DNA of 64,000 nt from Halanaerobiales bacterium (GTDB lineage: Bacteria > Bacillota > Halanaerobiia > Halanaerobiales > M55B127). Position 1 is the stretch's first letter, and every line of letters starts with the position of its first letter. The notes beneath the pieces were generated by a model. That model made no database searches. It had not been told where the DNA came from and saw nothing but the letters and a program-made list of their open reading frames with translations. The stretch lies in NCBI GenBank assembly GCA_034521955.1, contig JAXHLT010000005.1, positions 71,663 to 135,662 of the forward strand, in the 5' to 3' direction. Position numbers and translations under genes: made by a program. Of this stretch, positions 24,712-35,917 are shown piece after piece.

Positions 24712-26115
24712 TTATGAGTTATTTATACGTGTAATTATTTTATCAACTACATTTGCAAATTTACTATCATCTTCAATTTTTTGTTCTATTTTATTATAAG
24801 CATGGATAACAGTAGTATGATCTCTGCCTCCAAATTCGTCACCAATATGTGGTAAAGAAAGATCTGTTAATTCTCTAGATAAATACATTGCAATTTGTCT
24901 TGGAAAAGCAATTTTTTGTGTTCTTTTTTTAGAAGTCATATCTTCATCTTTTAAATTATAGTAATCAACTATAACATCTTTAATTAATTCTATATTAACT
25001 TCTCTAGGTTCTTTATTATCAACAATAAGATCCTTTAAAGCTTTTTCAGCTAGATCTGTATCAATATCTTTATCAACTAAAGAAGAATATGCAATTACTT
25101 TAATTAAAGCCCCTTCAAGCTCTCTTATATTAGACTGTATATTATTTGCAATATAGATCATCACTTCATTTGGAACCTTTAGGTTTTCCATATCTGCCTT
25201 TTTTCTTAAAATAGCAATTCTAGTTTCTAAATCTGGTTTTTGAATATCAGTAATTAATCCCCATTCAAACCTTGATCTAAGCCTTTCTTCTAATGTAGGT
25301 ATTTCCTTAGGTGGGCGGTCACTAGAAATTATTAACTGTCTATTTGCTTCATGTAAAGAATTAAAAGTATGGAAAAATTCTTCCTGAGTTCTTTCTTTAT
25401 TAGCTAAAAACTGAATATCATCGACTAATAATATATCTATATTACGATATTTATTTCTAAATGAAGCTGTTCTATCATCTTTAATTGCATTAATAAGTTC
25501 GTTAGTGAATGTTTCTGAAGATACATATACAACCTTATTGTCTGGATTATGTTTTAAAATATAATGAGCAATAGCCTGCATTAAGTGTGTTTTTCCCAAA
25601 CCTACATCTCCATATAAAAATAATGGGTTATATGCTTTTGCAGGTGCTTCTGCTACAGCTAAAGCTGCTGCATGAGCAAATCTATTTCCATTACCAACAA
25701 CAAAAGAGTCAAATGAATATTTAGGATTTAAATTTGTATTAATATTGTATCCTTCTGCATTTTTATCTTTTTTATTTTTTTTCTCTTCTTTATTATTAGT
25801 CTCTTCTTGTTTTGATTCTTCTTCGGTTTCCTCTTTAAAAATTTCATTAAGTTCTTCTTCAGTATAAAAACGGCATTTTAGATTTGAATCGGTTAAATTT
25901 TGAATAACATCAGTGATCAATTGATTATACCGTGTTTCTATCCAGTCCTTTATAAAATCGTTTGGCACTTCTATCATAAGGATATTATCATCTTTTAAAT
26001 CGACTGGTTTTGTGTTTGAAAACCAGGTTTTAAAACTAGGATTACTTAATTTATCTTTTATTTCATGTAAAGTTTGATTCCAGATATGTTCTAACTCTTC
26101 TTGTGAAAATGCCAT
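24712..26115 (-). CDS. dnaA: chromosomal replication initiator DnaA
   Basis: 467-aa ORF with AAA+ Walker [11 protein letters not shown] and Walker B LLVDDIQF. It has a C-terminal box-binding domain (…[14 protein letters not shown]) and a low-complexity E/K-rich domain II. Confidence 0.97.
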   Translation of the reverse strand: MAFSQEELEHIWNQTLHEIKDKLSNPSFKTWFSNTKPVDLKDDNILMIEVPNDFIKDWIETRYNQLITDVIQNLTDSNLKCRFYTEEELNEIFKEETEEESKQEETNNKEEKKNKKDKNAEGYNINTNLNPKYSFDSFVVGNGNRFAHAAALAVAEAPAKAYNPLFLYGDVGLGKTHLMQAIAHYILKHNPDNKVVYVSSETFTNELINAIKDDRTASFRNKYRNIDILLVDDIQFLANKERTQEEFFHTFNSLHEANRQLIISSDRPPKEIPTLEERLRSRFEWGLITDIQKPDLETRIAILRKKADMENLKVPNEVMIYIANNIQSNIRELEGALIKVIAYSSLVDKDIDTDLAEKALKDLIVDNKEPREVNIELIKDVIVDYYNLKDEDMTSKKRTQKIAFPRQIAMYLSRELTDLSLPHIGDEFGGRDHTTVIHAYNKIEQKIEDDSKFANVVDKIITRINNS

Positions 26116-26660
26116 TTATATACCTCCTGCACAATTTTGATTAATATAGCATATTTATTCAAGTTATCCCCAAAATATATTTTAAAAGCGGACTTATCAA
26201 CAGATTTGTGGATAAATACCGTGGTTATCCACAATATTCAACTGTTTATAAATACCTTTATGTTGGTAAATATGGTAATTTTCATTAATTTCCCTGTTAA
26301 GAATAACAAAAATATTTCCACATAACGTTAATAATTTGGATTGTTATTAACATATTGTGAATAAATGTGGACAACAATGTGGATAACTAAGAGAAATGTG
26401 GATGGGATAGTGTTTAACTGTGAATAAATCAATTAACAAGGTGTGTAAATCTTGTAATCTTATTAAATTGTAGTTATAATAGTAATTAAAGAAAACGCCA
26501 AAATTATTTATCGTGGTTAATCATTAACATTTTAACAGATTATCAACAATTATTCAACAAAAATTAGAAGGATATAGCTTGTGGATAATAAGGTTAAAAT
26601 AATTCTTGATTAAATAGAATTATTTATTATTATTAATAATGTTGTATTATGATAAAATTC
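26116..26660. other. oriC, upstream DnaA-box cluster
   Basis: Perfect 9-mers TTATCCACA/TGTGGATAA lie at 26207-26215, 26225-26233, 26378-26386 and 26580-26588. One-mismatch boxes lie at 26164-26172, 26356-26364, 26366-26374 and 26419-26427. There is no credible coding capacity. Confidence 0.9.
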
Positions 26661-26689
26661 TTGACTCTAGATAATAAATAACATATAAT
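26661..26689 (+). promoter_or_regulatory. sigma-A promoter for rnpA-yidD-yidC
   Basis: TTGACT-17 nt-TATAAT, about 65 nt upstream of the rnpA start. Confidence 0.65.
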
Positions 26690-26755
26690 TTAAACCGTAT
26701 GAGAGTTGATATTATAATAATTTTTTATTACACTAAATTTGTAGGAGGAAATTAT

Positions 26756-27085
26756 TTGGAAACCTTAAAACAAAAAAAAGATTTTCAAAAAGTTTTTAAC
26801 TGTGGAAAATCTATTGCTTCAAAGTATCTTGTTCTCTATTGGAATCCAAATAAGTTAGATAATAACCGTTATGGTTTTTCTATTAGCAAGAGAATCGGTA
26901 AAGCGGTTGTTAGAAATAAACTTAAAAGGCGTTTAAAGGAAATTATTAGAACTAGATTAGATAATACTGCTTATGGCTATGATATTATAATCATAGCTCG
27001 AAAACCTGTTAATAGTTTGGGATTTTCAGAAATTAAAAACGATTTAAAAAAATTGTATAAAAGGGCGGGCTTGATTGATAATTAG
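26756..27085 (+). CDS. rnpA: ribonuclease P protein component
   Basis: RnpA-like core (KKDFQKVF…RYGFSISKRIGKAVVRNKLKRRLKE). I prefer the TTG at 26756, 7 nt after AGGAGG. The longer ORF-track start at 26699 would run into the promoter region. Confidence 0.85.
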   Translation: METLKQKKDFQKVFNCGKSIASKYLVLYWNPNKLDNNRYGFSISKRIGKAVVRNKLKRRLKEIIRTRLDNTAYGYDIIIIARKPVNSLGFSEIKNDLKKLYKRAGLIDN

Positions 27086-27097
27086 GGAAGTGAAATA

Positions 27098-27307
27098 ATG
27101 AGTAAAATAATACTTTGGTTGATAAGAGCTTATCAAAAAGTGATATCTCCTTGGACGCCAAAAACATGTAGATTTCATCCTACTTGTTCAGAATACTCTT
27201 ATCAAGCAGTAAAAAAATATGGTGCATTAAAAGGTGGATTAAAAAGTGTTAAAAGAATTTCTAAATGCCATCCCTTTAATCCGGGTGGTTATGATCCACT
27301 TAAATAA
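27098..27307 (+). CDS. yidD: membrane protein insertion efficiency factor YidD
   Basis: 69-aa ORF with the hallmark [10 protein letters not shown]…[10 protein letters not shown]. Confidence 0.92.
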   Translation: MSKIILWLIRAYQKVISPWTPKTCRFHPTCSEYSYQAVKKYGALKGGLKSVKRISKCHPFNPGGYDPLK

Positions 27308-27328
27308 TAATTTGGGAGGAAACAGATT

Positions 27329-27982
27329 ATGTTTGGTTGGTTAATAAATGGAATTGTAGAAGCTTTAAAATTTATGAATGGTTTTGTACATAATTTCGGT
27401 GTTACTATTATATTATTTACATTAATAATTAAATTATTACTGTATCCTTTAACATCAAAACAGACAAAATCAATGAAAGCAATGCAAGATTTACAGCCTG
27501 AAATGGATAAAATAAAGAAAAAGCATAAAGATGACAAAGAGAAACAACAGCAAGCTATGATGGACTTATATAAGGAAAACAATGTTAATCCAGCTGCTGG
27601 TTGTCTTCCAATGATATTTCAGTTAGCTATTTTGATTCCGTTATATAGGGCAATATTAAGTTTAAGTGATATATTAAACGAAACTTCTTTTTTATGGATT
27701 GGTACTTTAACAAATGGTTCTTTAGCAGAACCCGATGTTGCAATAGTAATTGTTAATGCTTTAGCAATGATTGCACAAACTTATGTTACCCAGAAGATGC
27801 AGTCAGGTGGTAATAAACAAAGTAATATGATTATGTGGATTATGCCTGTATTCATTATATTTATTGGTTTCCAATTACCTTCTGGTATTTTATTATACTG
27901 GTTTACTTCAACAGTATTTACCGCTATACAGCAATATGTAATATCAAATGAACCTGCTAATAAGGAGGCTGTTGAACAGTAA
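27329..27982 (+). CDS. yidC: membrane protein insertase YidC/OxaA (short Firmicute type)
   Basis: 217-aa ORF with the YidC core LYPLT…Q…M…QP…KYK-like segment and NPAAGCLPM. Confidence 0.9.
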   Translation: MFGWLINGIVEALKFMNGFVHNFGVTIILFTLIIKLLLYPLTSKQTKSMKAMQDLQPEMDKIKKKHKDDKEKQQQAMMDLYKENNVNPAAGCLPMIFQLAILIPLYRAILSLSDILNETSFLWIGTLTNGSLAEPDVAIVIVNALAMIAQTYVTQKMQSGGNKQSNMIMWIMPVFIIFIGFQLPSGILLYWFTSTVFTAIQQYVISNEPANKEAVEQ

Positions 27983-28611
27983 TGAGAAAAATGATATATA
28001 AAGCTGAATCAGTTAATAAGGCAATAAAAAAAGGACTAAAGGACTTAGAGATAGATCGAAGTCAGGCAGAAATTAATATTATTGAACAGGGAAACAAAGG
28101 TTTTTTAGGATTAATTGGTAAAAAGGAAGCAGAAATTGAGATTATAATCGAAGATGATCCAATAAAAATAGGTAAGGATTTTCTTGAAGGAGTATTTTCA
28201 AAAACAAATATAGATGTAAAGATAAACATTATAAAGGAACAAACTAATGAAGAGCAGGTTGTTTATGATATACATTCTGAAGATTTAGGTATTGTTATTG
28301 GACGCCGAGGTGAAACCTTAGATGCTTTACAGTATTTAACTTCACTGGTTGTTAATAAAGATACTGAACAGTACTACCGTATAATTCTGGATGCTGAAGG
28401 TTATCGGGATAGAAGGGAAAAAACACTTGAGAGGTTAGCTCGTAAGTTAGCTCAAAAAGCAGTTAATAAAGAAAGAAAAGTTGTATTAGAGCCAATGCCT
28501 CCTCATGAACGCAGAATTATCCATATAACTTTAAAGAAAGATTCTAGAGTTAGATCATACAGTGAAGGTGAAGAACCATTTAGAAAGGTTATGATTGAAA
28601 CAGTAGACTAA
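27982..28611 (+). CDS. jag: RNA-binding protein Jag/KhpB (KH + R3H domains)
   Basis: 209-aa ORF with a KH-like GIVIGRRGETLDALQYL and an R3H motif PMPPHERRIIH. It occupies the conserved position after yidC. Confidence 0.88.
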   Translation: MRKMIYKAESVNKAIKKGLKDLEIDRSQAEINIIEQGNKGFLGLIGKKEAEIEIIIEDDPIKIGKDFLEGVFSKTNIDVKINIIKEQTNEEQVVYDIHSEDLGIVIGRRGETLDALQYLTSLVVNKDTEQYYRIILDAEGYRDRREKTLERLARKLAQKAVNKERKVVLEPMPPHERRIIHITLKKDSRVRSYSEGEEPFRKVMIETVD

Positions 28612-28645
28612 GGATTATATTATAATACTTATATTATAAACAATG

Positions 28646-28679
28646 CCCAGTAGGTGGTCCTGCTGGGTTTAATATTTTT
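28646..28679 (+). terminator. candidate (leaky) terminator between jag and mnmE
   Basis: Hairpin CCCAGTAGG-tggt-CCTGCTGGG (one G-U pair) followed by TTTAATATTTTT. Confidence 0.45.
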
Positions 28680-28694
28680 AAGGGGGTTAAAAAA

Positions 28695-30086
28695 ATGAAT
28701 ACTATGAAGGAAGATACAATTGCAGCAATTGCAACTCCCTTCGGTACTTCTGGCACAGGTAAGGTTAGAATGAGTGGTCCAGAAGCGATTAAGATAGGTG
28801 AAAAAATATTTGAAGCTACATCTAATATTAAGCTAACTGAAGCCAAATCACATACAGCTCATCATGGTTTTGTTGTAGATCCAAAAACCGATAAAACAAT
28901 TGATGAGGTTTTAGCAATACTTATGATTAATCCGCGTTCCTTTACAGGTGAAAATGTGGTAGAGTTTGACTGTCATGGGGGCATGGTGCCCTTGGAATCA
29001 GTTTTAGAGCTACTATTGGAAAACGGTGCCAGAATGGCTGAACCTGGTGAGTTTTCAAGACGTGCCTTTATGAACGGCAAGTTAGATATGGCACAGGCAG
29101 AAGCTATTATAGATGTTATTAATTCAAAAACTGAAAAAAGCCTTTCAATAGCAGTAGAACAACTAAAAGGTGGACTATCTGATAAAGTAAACAATATAAA
29201 GGATAAGGTAGTTACATTACTAGCTCATCTTGAGGCATCTATTGATTTTCCAGAAGATGAAATTGAGGGTTTTGATTCAAGTCAGTTAAATGAAAGATTA
29301 AATGAAATTAAAAAGCCTTTAAAAGATCTGATAAAAACATCTAAACAAGGCAAACTATATCAAGAAGGCATAAAAACAGTTATTGCCGGGAAACCTAATG
29401 TTGGTAAATCAAGTTTGTTAAACTATTTACTGCAGGAAAATCGTGCAATTGTAACAGATATACCTGGAACTACCAGAGATGTAATTGAAGAATATATTAA
29501 CTTAGAGGGTATACCATTAAAAATCATTGATACTGCCGGAGTCAGAGAATCGGATGATCTGGTAGAGCAAATTGGAGTAGAAAAAACAAGAACATCTTTG
29601 GAAAAAGCTGATCTTGTCTTAATGATGTTAGATGTTAGTCAAGGCTTAACTGAAGAGGATATTAAGGTATATAATTTAATCAAAAAATTACCTACAATTG
29701 TTGTAATTAATAAAACTGATTTAGATAAAAAAGTTGATGTTAAAAAAATGCAAAAAAAATTTAACGAACATCCTCTTTTATTAATATCAGTAAAGGAAGA
29801 AAAAGGACTAGAAGAATTAAAAGATACTATTTTAGAGGAAATATTACAGGAAAAAATTAATACCGATAATGAAGTGTTAGTTACAAAAGTTAGGCATCGT
29901 GATGCATTAATTAAGGCATTAGATTCTTTACAAAAAGTAAAAAAGTCATTAGATGAAGGAATGCCTTATGATTTTTTAACAATAGATTTAAAAGATGTTT
30001 TATTTAATTTAAGTTCAATTACGGGTGAAACAGTTACTGAAGATATTATTGATCAAATATTTAGCGATTTTTGTTTAGGTAAATAG
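28695..30086 (+). CDS. mnmE: tRNA modification GTPase MnmE
   Basis: 463-aa ORF with the N-terminal [10 protein letters not shown]-domain motifs [12 protein letters not shown] and DTAG, and the C-terminal CLGK motif. Confidence 0.96.
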   Translation: MNTMKEDTIAAIATPFGTSGTGKVRMSGPEAIKIGEKIFEATSNIKLTEAKSHTAHHGFVVDPKTDKTIDEVLAILMINPRSFTGENVVEFDCHGGMVPLESVLELLLENGARMAEPGEFSRRAFMNGKLDMAQAEAIIDVINSKTEKSLSIAVEQLKGGLSDKVNNIKDKVVTLLAHLEASIDFPEDEIEGFDSSQLNERLNEIKKPLKDLIKTSKQGKLYQEGIKTVIAGKPNVGKSSLLNYLLQENRAIVTDIPGTTRDVIEEYINLEGIPLKIIDTAGVRESDDLVEQIGVEKTRTSLEKADLVLMMLDVSQGLTEEDIKVYNLIKKLPTIVVINKTDLDKKVDVKKMQKKFNEHPLLLISVKEEKGLEELKDTILEEILQEKINTDNEVLVTKVRHRDALIKALDSLQKVKKSLDEGMPYDFLTIDLKDVLFNLSSITGETVTEDIIDQIFSDFCLGK

Positions 30087-30106
30087 TTAAGGAGTGTTTA
30101 TTAAAA

Positions 30107-32017
30107 ATGGAAGAAAACTATAAATATAATAAAGTATTTGAAAAAGAATATGATGTCATTGTTATAGGAGCAGGACATGCTGGATGTGAGGCTTCACTTG
30201 CTCCAGCCAGGATGGGTCTTAATGTATTAACAATGACTGTTAATCTAGATCATGTTGCCTTTATGCCATGTAATCCATCGATAGGTGGTCCTGGTAAAGG
30301 ACATATTGTAAGAGAAATTGATGCACTTGGTGGTGAAATGGCTCGTAATATGGATGAAACCATGTTACAAATCAGAATGTTAAATACTACAAAAGGCCCT
30401 GCTGTACATGGACTAAGAGGCCAGGCAGATAAAAAGAAATATCATTTAAGAATGAAACAACTATTAGAAGATGAACCCAATTTAGATTTAAAACAAGAGA
30501 TAGCTGAAGTGTTAGTTGTTGAAGATAATAAAATAAAGGGAGTAATTACCAAAACTGGTATATTATTCAAAGCAAAAAAGGTTGTAATTACTACCGGTAC
30601 ATTTCTTAAAGGTAAAGTAATTATTGGAGAAGCGACTTTTAATGCTGGTCCAAACCAGCAATATCCGGCTAATAAACTGTCTGAATCACTTAATGAATTA
30701 GGCTTTGAGCTTAGGAGATTTAAAACTGGTACTCCTCCAAGAATAAATAAAAGAAGTATTGATTTTTCAAAAATGCATGAACAAAAAGGTGAAAAAGATC
30801 TTACCTTTTCTTTTGATTCAGAACCTTATGAGCGAGAACAAGTTTCTTGCTATTTAACATATACTAATGATAAGACACATGAAATAATCCAGGACAATAA
30901 AATGAGGACTCCTCTATTCAGTGGTATTATTGAGGGAGTTGGACCTAGGTACTGTCCTTCAATTGAAGATAAAGTGGTTAGATTTCCAGAAAAAGGAAGG
31001 CACCAACTGTTTTTAGAACCAGAAGGAGAATTGACTGCTGAGTATTATATATCCGGACTTTCAACCAGTTTACCTGAAGATGTACAGTATGATTTACTGA
31101 GCACTATACCTGGTTTAGAGAATGCTGAAATAATGAGACCGGGTTATGCTATAGAGTATGATTGTTTTGATCCTAATGATTTGAAGTTAAGTTTAGAAAC
31201 CAAAAAAATCAAAGGACTCTTCTCTGCCGGGCAAATAAATGGGACATCTGGTTATGAAGAGGCTGCTGGACAAGGTTTAATTGCGGGTATTAATGCAGCT
31301 TTATCATTAAAAGGTAAAGAACCATTAATTTTAGATCGTTCTCAGGCCTATATTGGTGTTCTAATTGATGAATTAGTGACCAAAGGAACCGAAGAACCAT
31401 ATAGAATGATGACTTCAAGAGCAGAATACAGATTAATACTTAGACAGGATAATGCCGATCTAAGATTAAAAGAGATTGGATATAATCTAGGATTAATTTC
31501 TGAAAAGAGATATCAAGACTTTCTTAATAAAAAAGAAGATATTGAAAAAACATTGGAGTTTATGAGAAACTATCAGGTTACTCCTACTCCTGAAAATAGA
31601 GAACAATTAAAAAGCCTAGATAGTGGTGCATTAAAAAAACCGGTTAAATTAGCTAAACTTTTGAAAAGACCGGAAGTTGATTATGATGATTTAAGATTTT
31701 TTGCTCCCGATTTGCCAGAAGTAAGCCAAGAAGTAAAAGATCAAGTAAGTATCCAAACAAAGTATAAAGGCTATATTGACCGTCAGATGTCTCAAGTAGA
31801 GCAGTTTAAAAAGATGGAACATAAATTAATACCTCAAGATATAGAATATGATAGTTTAGAAAATATAAGATTAGAAGCAAGGGAAAAACTAAAAAAAATA
31901 AAACCTAGATCATTGGGACAAGCATCTAGAATTTCAGGGGTCTCTCCTGCTGATATATCAGTACTCATGATATATATTGAACAGCAAGAAAGAGAGAATA
32001 AAGATGGGAAAAAATAA
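30107..32017 (+). CDS. mnmG: tRNA uridine 5-carboxymethylaminomethyl modification enzyme MnmG
   Basis: 636-aa ORF with the FAD loop [13 protein letters not shown], plus [11 protein letters not shown] and [14 protein letters not shown]. Confidence 0.96.
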   Translation: MEENYKYNKVFEKEYDVIVIGAGHAGCEASLAPARMGLNVLTMTVNLDHVAFMPCNPSIGGPGKGHIVREIDALGGEMARNMDETMLQIRMLNTTKGPAVHGLRGQADKKKYHLRMKQLLEDEPNLDLKQEIAEVLVVEDNKIKGVITKTGILFKAKKVVITTGTFLKGKVIIGEATFNAGPNQQYPANKLSESLNELGFELRRFKTGTPPRINKRSIDFSKMHEQKGEKDLTFSFDSEPYEREQVSCYLTYTNDKTHEIIQDNKMRTPLFSGIIEGVGPRYCPSIEDKVVRFPEKGRHQLFLEPEGELTAEYYISGLSTSLPEDVQYDLLSTIPGLENAEIMRPGYAIEYDCFDPNDLKLSLETKKIKGLFSAGQINGTSGYEEAAGQGLIAGINAALSLKGKEPLILDRSQAYIGVLIDELVTKGTEEPYRMMTSRAEYRLILRQDNADLRLKEIGYNLGLISEKRYQDFLNKKEDIEKTLEFMRNYQVTPTPENREQLKSLDSGALKKPVKLAKLLKRPEVDYDDLRFFAPDLPEVSQEVKDQVSIQTKYKGYIDRQMSQVEQFKKMEHKLIPQDIEYDSLENIRLEAREKLKKIKPRSLGQASRISGVSPADISVLMIYIEQQERENKDGKK

Positions 32018-32717
32018 AAATATAAAAGATAAATTTAATAGCATAAATTTGAATTTAAGTGATAAACAAGCAAATATGATAAATGAATATATGGATTTTT
32101 TAATAAAAGAAAACAAAAAATACAATTTAACTTCTATTACTGATCCTAAGGATATTATTAAGCTGCATTTTTTAGATTCAGCAGCTTTATTTTCAAAAAA
32201 AGATATCAAAGGGAAAGTTATAGATATTGGTACCGGGGCTGGTTTCCCCGGTTTTGTTTTTAAAATTATTAATTCTGATATAGATTTAACATTACTTGAA
32301 GCGAGTTTAAAAAAGGTAAACTTTTTAAAGATGCTGCAGGTAGAACTTGATTTATATGATAAAATTGAAGTTATTCATGGTAGAGCTGAAGATCTTGGCC
32401 AGGATAAAGCACATAGAAATAAGTATGATGTTGTAACTTCAAGAGCTGTAGCTCCATTAAATATTTTGTTAGAATATACAGTACCCTTCTCCAATCCTGA
32501 CGGTAGTATTTTATTATATAAAGGACCTTCATATAAAGATGAGCTTAATGAAGCTAAAAATGCTTTAAAAACTTTAAAAACCAAGTTAATTAATGTATAT
32601 GATATAGACATCCCAAATTTAGAGCAAGAAAGATTTATATTAGAATTTAATGTCAGAGGTGATTTAGATCAAAAATACCCTAGAAGAGCAGGTATTCCTA
32701 AAAAACGTCCCCTTTAG
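32004..32717 (+). CDS. rsmG: 16S rRNA (guanine527-N7)-methyltransferase RsmG
   Basis: SAM motif [10 protein letters not shown] and a GidB-like core. The ORF opens at 31977, and the in-frame ATG at 32004 reduces the overlap with mnmG. The start is uncertain. Confidence 0.88.
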   Translation: MGKNKNIKDKFNSINLNLSDKQANMINEYMDFLIKENKKYNLTSITDPKDIIKLHFLDSAALFSKKDIKGKVIDIGTGAGFPGFVFKIINSDIDLTLLEASLKKVNFLKMLQVELDLYDKIEVIHGRAEDLGQDKAHRNKYDVVTSRAVAPLNILLEYTVPFSNPDGSILLYKGPSYKDELNEAKNALKTLKTKLINVYDIDIPNLEQERFILEFNVRGDLDQKYPRRAGIPKKRPL

Positions 32718-32771
32718 GCAGGAGATATATAAACTATAAAGAATAATTATAAAAGTAATGGAGGTAAATTA

Positions 32772-33584
32772 ATGGACTTTTCTTTTTTAGCTAATAAAGA
32801 TGATAATAGTAAAATAAAAAAAATCAATACTGATAAAATTGAGCCTAATCCGCACCAGCCGAGAACTGATTTTAATCAAGATAACTTAAAAAAGTTAGCT
32901 GAATCAATCAAAAACTTTGGAATTATTCAGCCCTTGATAGTAAGTAAAAAAGATAAAGGATATCAATTAATTGCTGGTGAAAGACGCCTGAGGGCCGCCA
33001 AGTTAATTAATCTAAAAAAAGTGCCTGTCATTATAAATGATTATCAGGAAGAAGAGATAGCAGAAATATCATTAGTTGAAAACATACAGAGACAGGATTT
33101 GAATTTTTTAGATGAAGCATTAGCATATTATAGTATAATGAATCAATTTGGTTTAAGTCAGACCGAATTGGGAGAAAAAGTGGGAAAAAGTCAATCTACA
33201 ATAGCAAACAAACTTAGAATTTTAAAATTACCTGAAGAAATACTCGCATTAATTAGGGGGAGTGCCTTAACTGAAAGGCACGCTAGAGCATTACTTAAGT
33301 TAGACGACCAGCAAAAACAGGTTGAGTTTATTAAAAAAGCTAAAAAAGATAGTCTATCTGTAAGAGCTTTTAATCAGTTAATAGATAAATTCTTAAAGAG
33401 TGAAACTGAACAAAAACAAGTAAAAACTTATTATAAAGATGTTAGATTATTAAAAAACACTTTAAATTCAGCAATTGAGCAGATTCGTAAAGCTGGTATT
33501 GAAGTTGAAGTAAATAAGGAAGAAAAAAATAATTATATTATGTATAACATAAAAATACCAAAAAATAATGAAGATATAACGTGA
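32772..33584 (+). CDS. noc: nucleoid occlusion protein Noc (ParB paralogue)
   Basis: 270-aa ParB-fold ORF with GERRLRAA. Its HTH reads GKSQSTIANKLRIL (Q and K at the positions where Spo0J has R and T) and …TERHARAL. The C-terminus …NIKIPK resembles B. subtilis Noc. Confidence 0.8.
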   Translation: MDFSFLANKDDNSKIKKINTDKIEPNPHQPRTDFNQDNLKKLAESIKNFGIIQPLIVSKKDKGYQLIAGERRLRAAKLINLKKVPVIINDYQEEEIAEISLVENIQRQDLNFLDEALAYYSIMNQFGLSQTELGEKVGKSQSTIANKLRILKLPEEILALIRGSALTERHARALLKLDDQQKQVEFIKKAKKDSLSVRAFNQLIDKFLKSETEQKQVKTYYKDVRLLKNTLNSAIEQIRKAGIEVEVNKEEKNNYIMYNIKIPKNNEDIT

Positions 33585-33597
33585 GGGGGTTTTTTAT

Positions 33598-34359
33598 TTG
33601 GCTAAAAAAATTGCTATAGTAAATCAAAAGGGTGGTGTTGGGAAAAGCACTACTGCTATAAATTTAGGAGCAAGTCTGGCTGAACAAGGCCGTAAGGTTT
33701 TAATCGTTGATATTGATCCACAAGGAAACGCCACAAGTGGACTTGGTTTAGAAAAAAGTGATTTAGAATACAGTATATATGATGCGTTAATTAATGATAC
33801 CCCCCTTAATAAAATTATAAAGCCAACCGGACACGATGATTTTTACATATTACCTGCAAATATTGATCTAGCAGGTGCAGAAATAGAATTAGTATCAATA
33901 ATGTCACGTGAAAGCAGATTGAAAAAGAAAATTAAAGAATCAAATATAGATTTTGATTACATATTTTTTGATTGTCCACCTTCTTTAGGTCTTTTAACTT
34001 TAAATGCATTAACTGCTTCAGATCATATAATTGTACCAATTCAGTGCGAATACTATGCTTTAGAGGGATTAGGACAGCTGATGCAGACAGTTGAACTAGT
34101 ACAGAGCAATTTAAATCCCGATCTAACTTTACTAGGGGTTGTATTAACGATGAATGATGCACGCACTAATCTTTCCAGCCAAGTTATAGAAGAAGTTAAA
34201 AAATATTTTGGCAAAGATGTTTTTAACACTATAATACCAAGGAATGTTAGGTTAAGTGAAGCTCCAAGCTTCGGTGAGCCGATAGTAACATATGATCCAA
34301 CGTCTCGCGGAGCAAAAGCATATAAAGATTTGGCAAAGGAAGTGATTGATCGTGAATAA
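33598..34359 (+). CDS. soj: chromosome partitioning ATPase ParA/Soj
   Basis: 253-aa ORF with the deviant Walker A KGGVGKST and DCPPSLG. TTG start. Confidence 0.95.
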   Translation: MAKKIAIVNQKGGVGKSTTAINLGASLAEQGRKVLIVDIDPQGNATSGLGLEKSDLEYSIYDALINDTPLNKIIKPTGHDDFYILPANIDLAGAEIELVSIMSRESRLKKKIKESNIDFDYIFFDCPPSLGLLTLNALTASDHIIVPIQCEYYALEGLGQLMQTVELVQSNLNPDLTLLGVVLTMNDARTNLSSQVIEEVKKYFGKDVFNTIIPRNVRLSEAPSFGEPIVTYDPTSRGAKAYKDLAKEVIDRE

Positions 34360-35203
34360 AAAAAGATTAGGTAAAGGGCTAGATGCATTATTATCAAAAA
34401 GCCAGGGAGAAAAAAGAGAACATGAAATCAAAGACATTAATATTGAAAAAATAAAAGCTAATCCATTTCAACCCAGAAATAGATTTGCGGATGATGCGCT
34501 TGACGAATTAGCAGAATCAATTGCTAATAAAGGTGTTTTACAACCCGTTACCGTTAGAGAGGTTCAGTATGACAACTTTGAACTTGTGACTGGTGAAAGA
34601 AGATGGAGAGCAGCAAAAAAAGTAGGTCTTAAGACTATTCCAGCAATAATTAGAGACTTTAAAGATGAAGAAATGATGGAAGTTGCTTTAATTGAAAACT
34701 TACAAAGAGAAGATCTAAATCCAATTGAAGAAGCACATGCTTATAAAAAAATGATAGAAGAGCTTGAGATAACTCAAAAAGAAGTCGCTAAACGTGTTTC
34801 AAAGAGCAGGTCAACAGTAGCGAACACACTTAGACTATTAAATTTACCGCCTTCTGTACAAGAAATTGTTTCACGTGAAACAATTTCAATGGGGCATGCA
34901 CGTGCATTATTACCATTAGAACATAAAAAACAGAAAGATATTGCCAAAAAAATTGTTGAAGAAGATCTTTCTGTAAGGAAAACAGAAGAATTAGTAAAAA
35001 AATTAACAGAAAAAAAAGATAAAAAAACTTCGACTAAAAAAACCAAGGATGAATTAAGCCCGAAATGGATAAAAGCTCGAGAACAACTGGCTGAAAAACT
35101 AGGTTTAGATGTGAATATAAAAGATAAAGTTAGTAAAAAGGTGATCACTATCAACTGTCGCGATTATAAAGAAATGGAAAATATTCTTGATAAGATCAAT
35201 TAA
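34346..35203 (+). CDS. spo0J: chromosome partitioning protein ParB/Spo0J
   Basis: 285-aa ORF with GERRWRAA and the HTH SKSRSTVANTLRLL. It contains a parS site internally. The start may be TTG 34346 or GTG 34352. Confidence 0.95.
   Translation: MIVNKKRLGKGLDALLSKSQGEKREHEIKDINIEKIKANPFQPRNRFADDALDELAESIANKGVLQPVTVREVQYDNFELVTGERRWRAAKKVGLKTIPAIIRDFKDEEMMEVALIENLQREDLNPIEEAHAYKKMIEELEITQKEVAKRVSKSRSTVANTLRLLNLPPSVQEIVSRETISMGHARALLPLEHKKQKDIAKKIVEEDLSVRKTEELVKKLTEKKDKKTSTKKTKDELSPKWIKAREQLAEKLGLDVNIKDKVSKKVITINCRDYKEMENILDKIN
34867..34882. promoter_or_regulatory. parS site (inside spo0J)
   Basis: Perfect 16-bp palindrome TGTTTCACGTGAAACA, the Firmicute parS consensus. Confidence 0.9.
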
Positions 35204-35214
35204 TTAGGTATAAT

Positions 35215-35230
35215 TGTTTCACGTGAAACA
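35215..35230. promoter_or_regulatory. parS site (just downstream of spo0J)
   Basis: A second perfect TGTTTCACGTGAAACA, 12 nt after the spo0J stop. Confidence 0.9.
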
Positions 35231-35252
35231 ATAATTAATAGAGGTGGATAAT

Positions 35253-35912
35253 ATGTTTGTAATAGTTGTTGGTGGCGGGAAAGTTGGAACTTATTTAATA
35301 AAAGAATTACTAGAAAAAGAATATAAAATACATGTTGTAGAAAATAATTCAGACAACTGTAAATTACTAAAAGAAAAATATGGAGTAAAAGTATTTTGTG
35401 GAGACGGTACAAACGAAAAACTTTTAGAACAAGCCGGAATTAATGAAGCAGACGTAGTACTAGCTGTTACAGGTGATGATCAAGACAATCTTGTAATATG
35501 TCAAATGGCAGAAAGAAAGTTTGATGTTCCTAGAACTTTTACTAGGGTCAATACTCCAGGCAATGAAAGGCTTTTCGATTGGTTAGGGGTTAATGTGGCT
35601 GTTAGCAGTTCCTCTATACTAGCAGCTTTAGTTGAACAAGAAATGACTTTGCAAGACTTAAGGTATATATTAAATAAGAATCATGATAAAATAGAACTTG
35701 TTAGAATAACTGTAAGTAGTGATTGTGAGTATATTAATAAAAAATTAAGGGATATATATTTTCCATTGGAATCAGTTTTGGTTACTATATTACGTGGAGA
35801 TGAAAGTCTAGTACCCCGTGGTAATTCAATAATTAAAAAGGATGATTTGATAGTAGCATTAACGAGAAGAGAGTATAAAGAAGAACTTATTAAAATGTTC
35901 AGCGGAGGTTAA
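35253..35912 (+). CDS. TrkA/KtrA-type potassium-transport regulatory protein (RCK N+C domains)
   Basis: Rossmann loop VVGGGKVGTYL plus a TrkA-C-like C-terminus. The ATG at 35253 lies 5 nt after GAGGTGG; the ORF track opens at GTG 35244. No membrane subunit is adjacent. Confidence 0.8.
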   Translation: MFVIVVGGGKVGTYLIKELLEKEYKIHVVENNSDNCKLLKEKYGVKVFCGDGTNEKLLEQAGINEADVVLAVTGDDQDNLVICQMAERKFDVPRTFTRVNTPGNERLFDWLGVNVAVSSSSILAALVEQEMTLQDLRYILNKNHDKIELVRITVSSDCEYINKKLRDIYFPLESVLVTILRGDESLVPRGNSIIKKDDLIVALTRREYKEELIKMFSGG

Positions 35913-35917
35913 TTTAT

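Noticed and set aside
26137-26325. 62-aa ORF between dnaA and rnpA.
   Set aside because: It overlaps perfect DnaA boxes in oriC, has no RBS and has a low-complexity sequence, so it is non-coding origin DNA.
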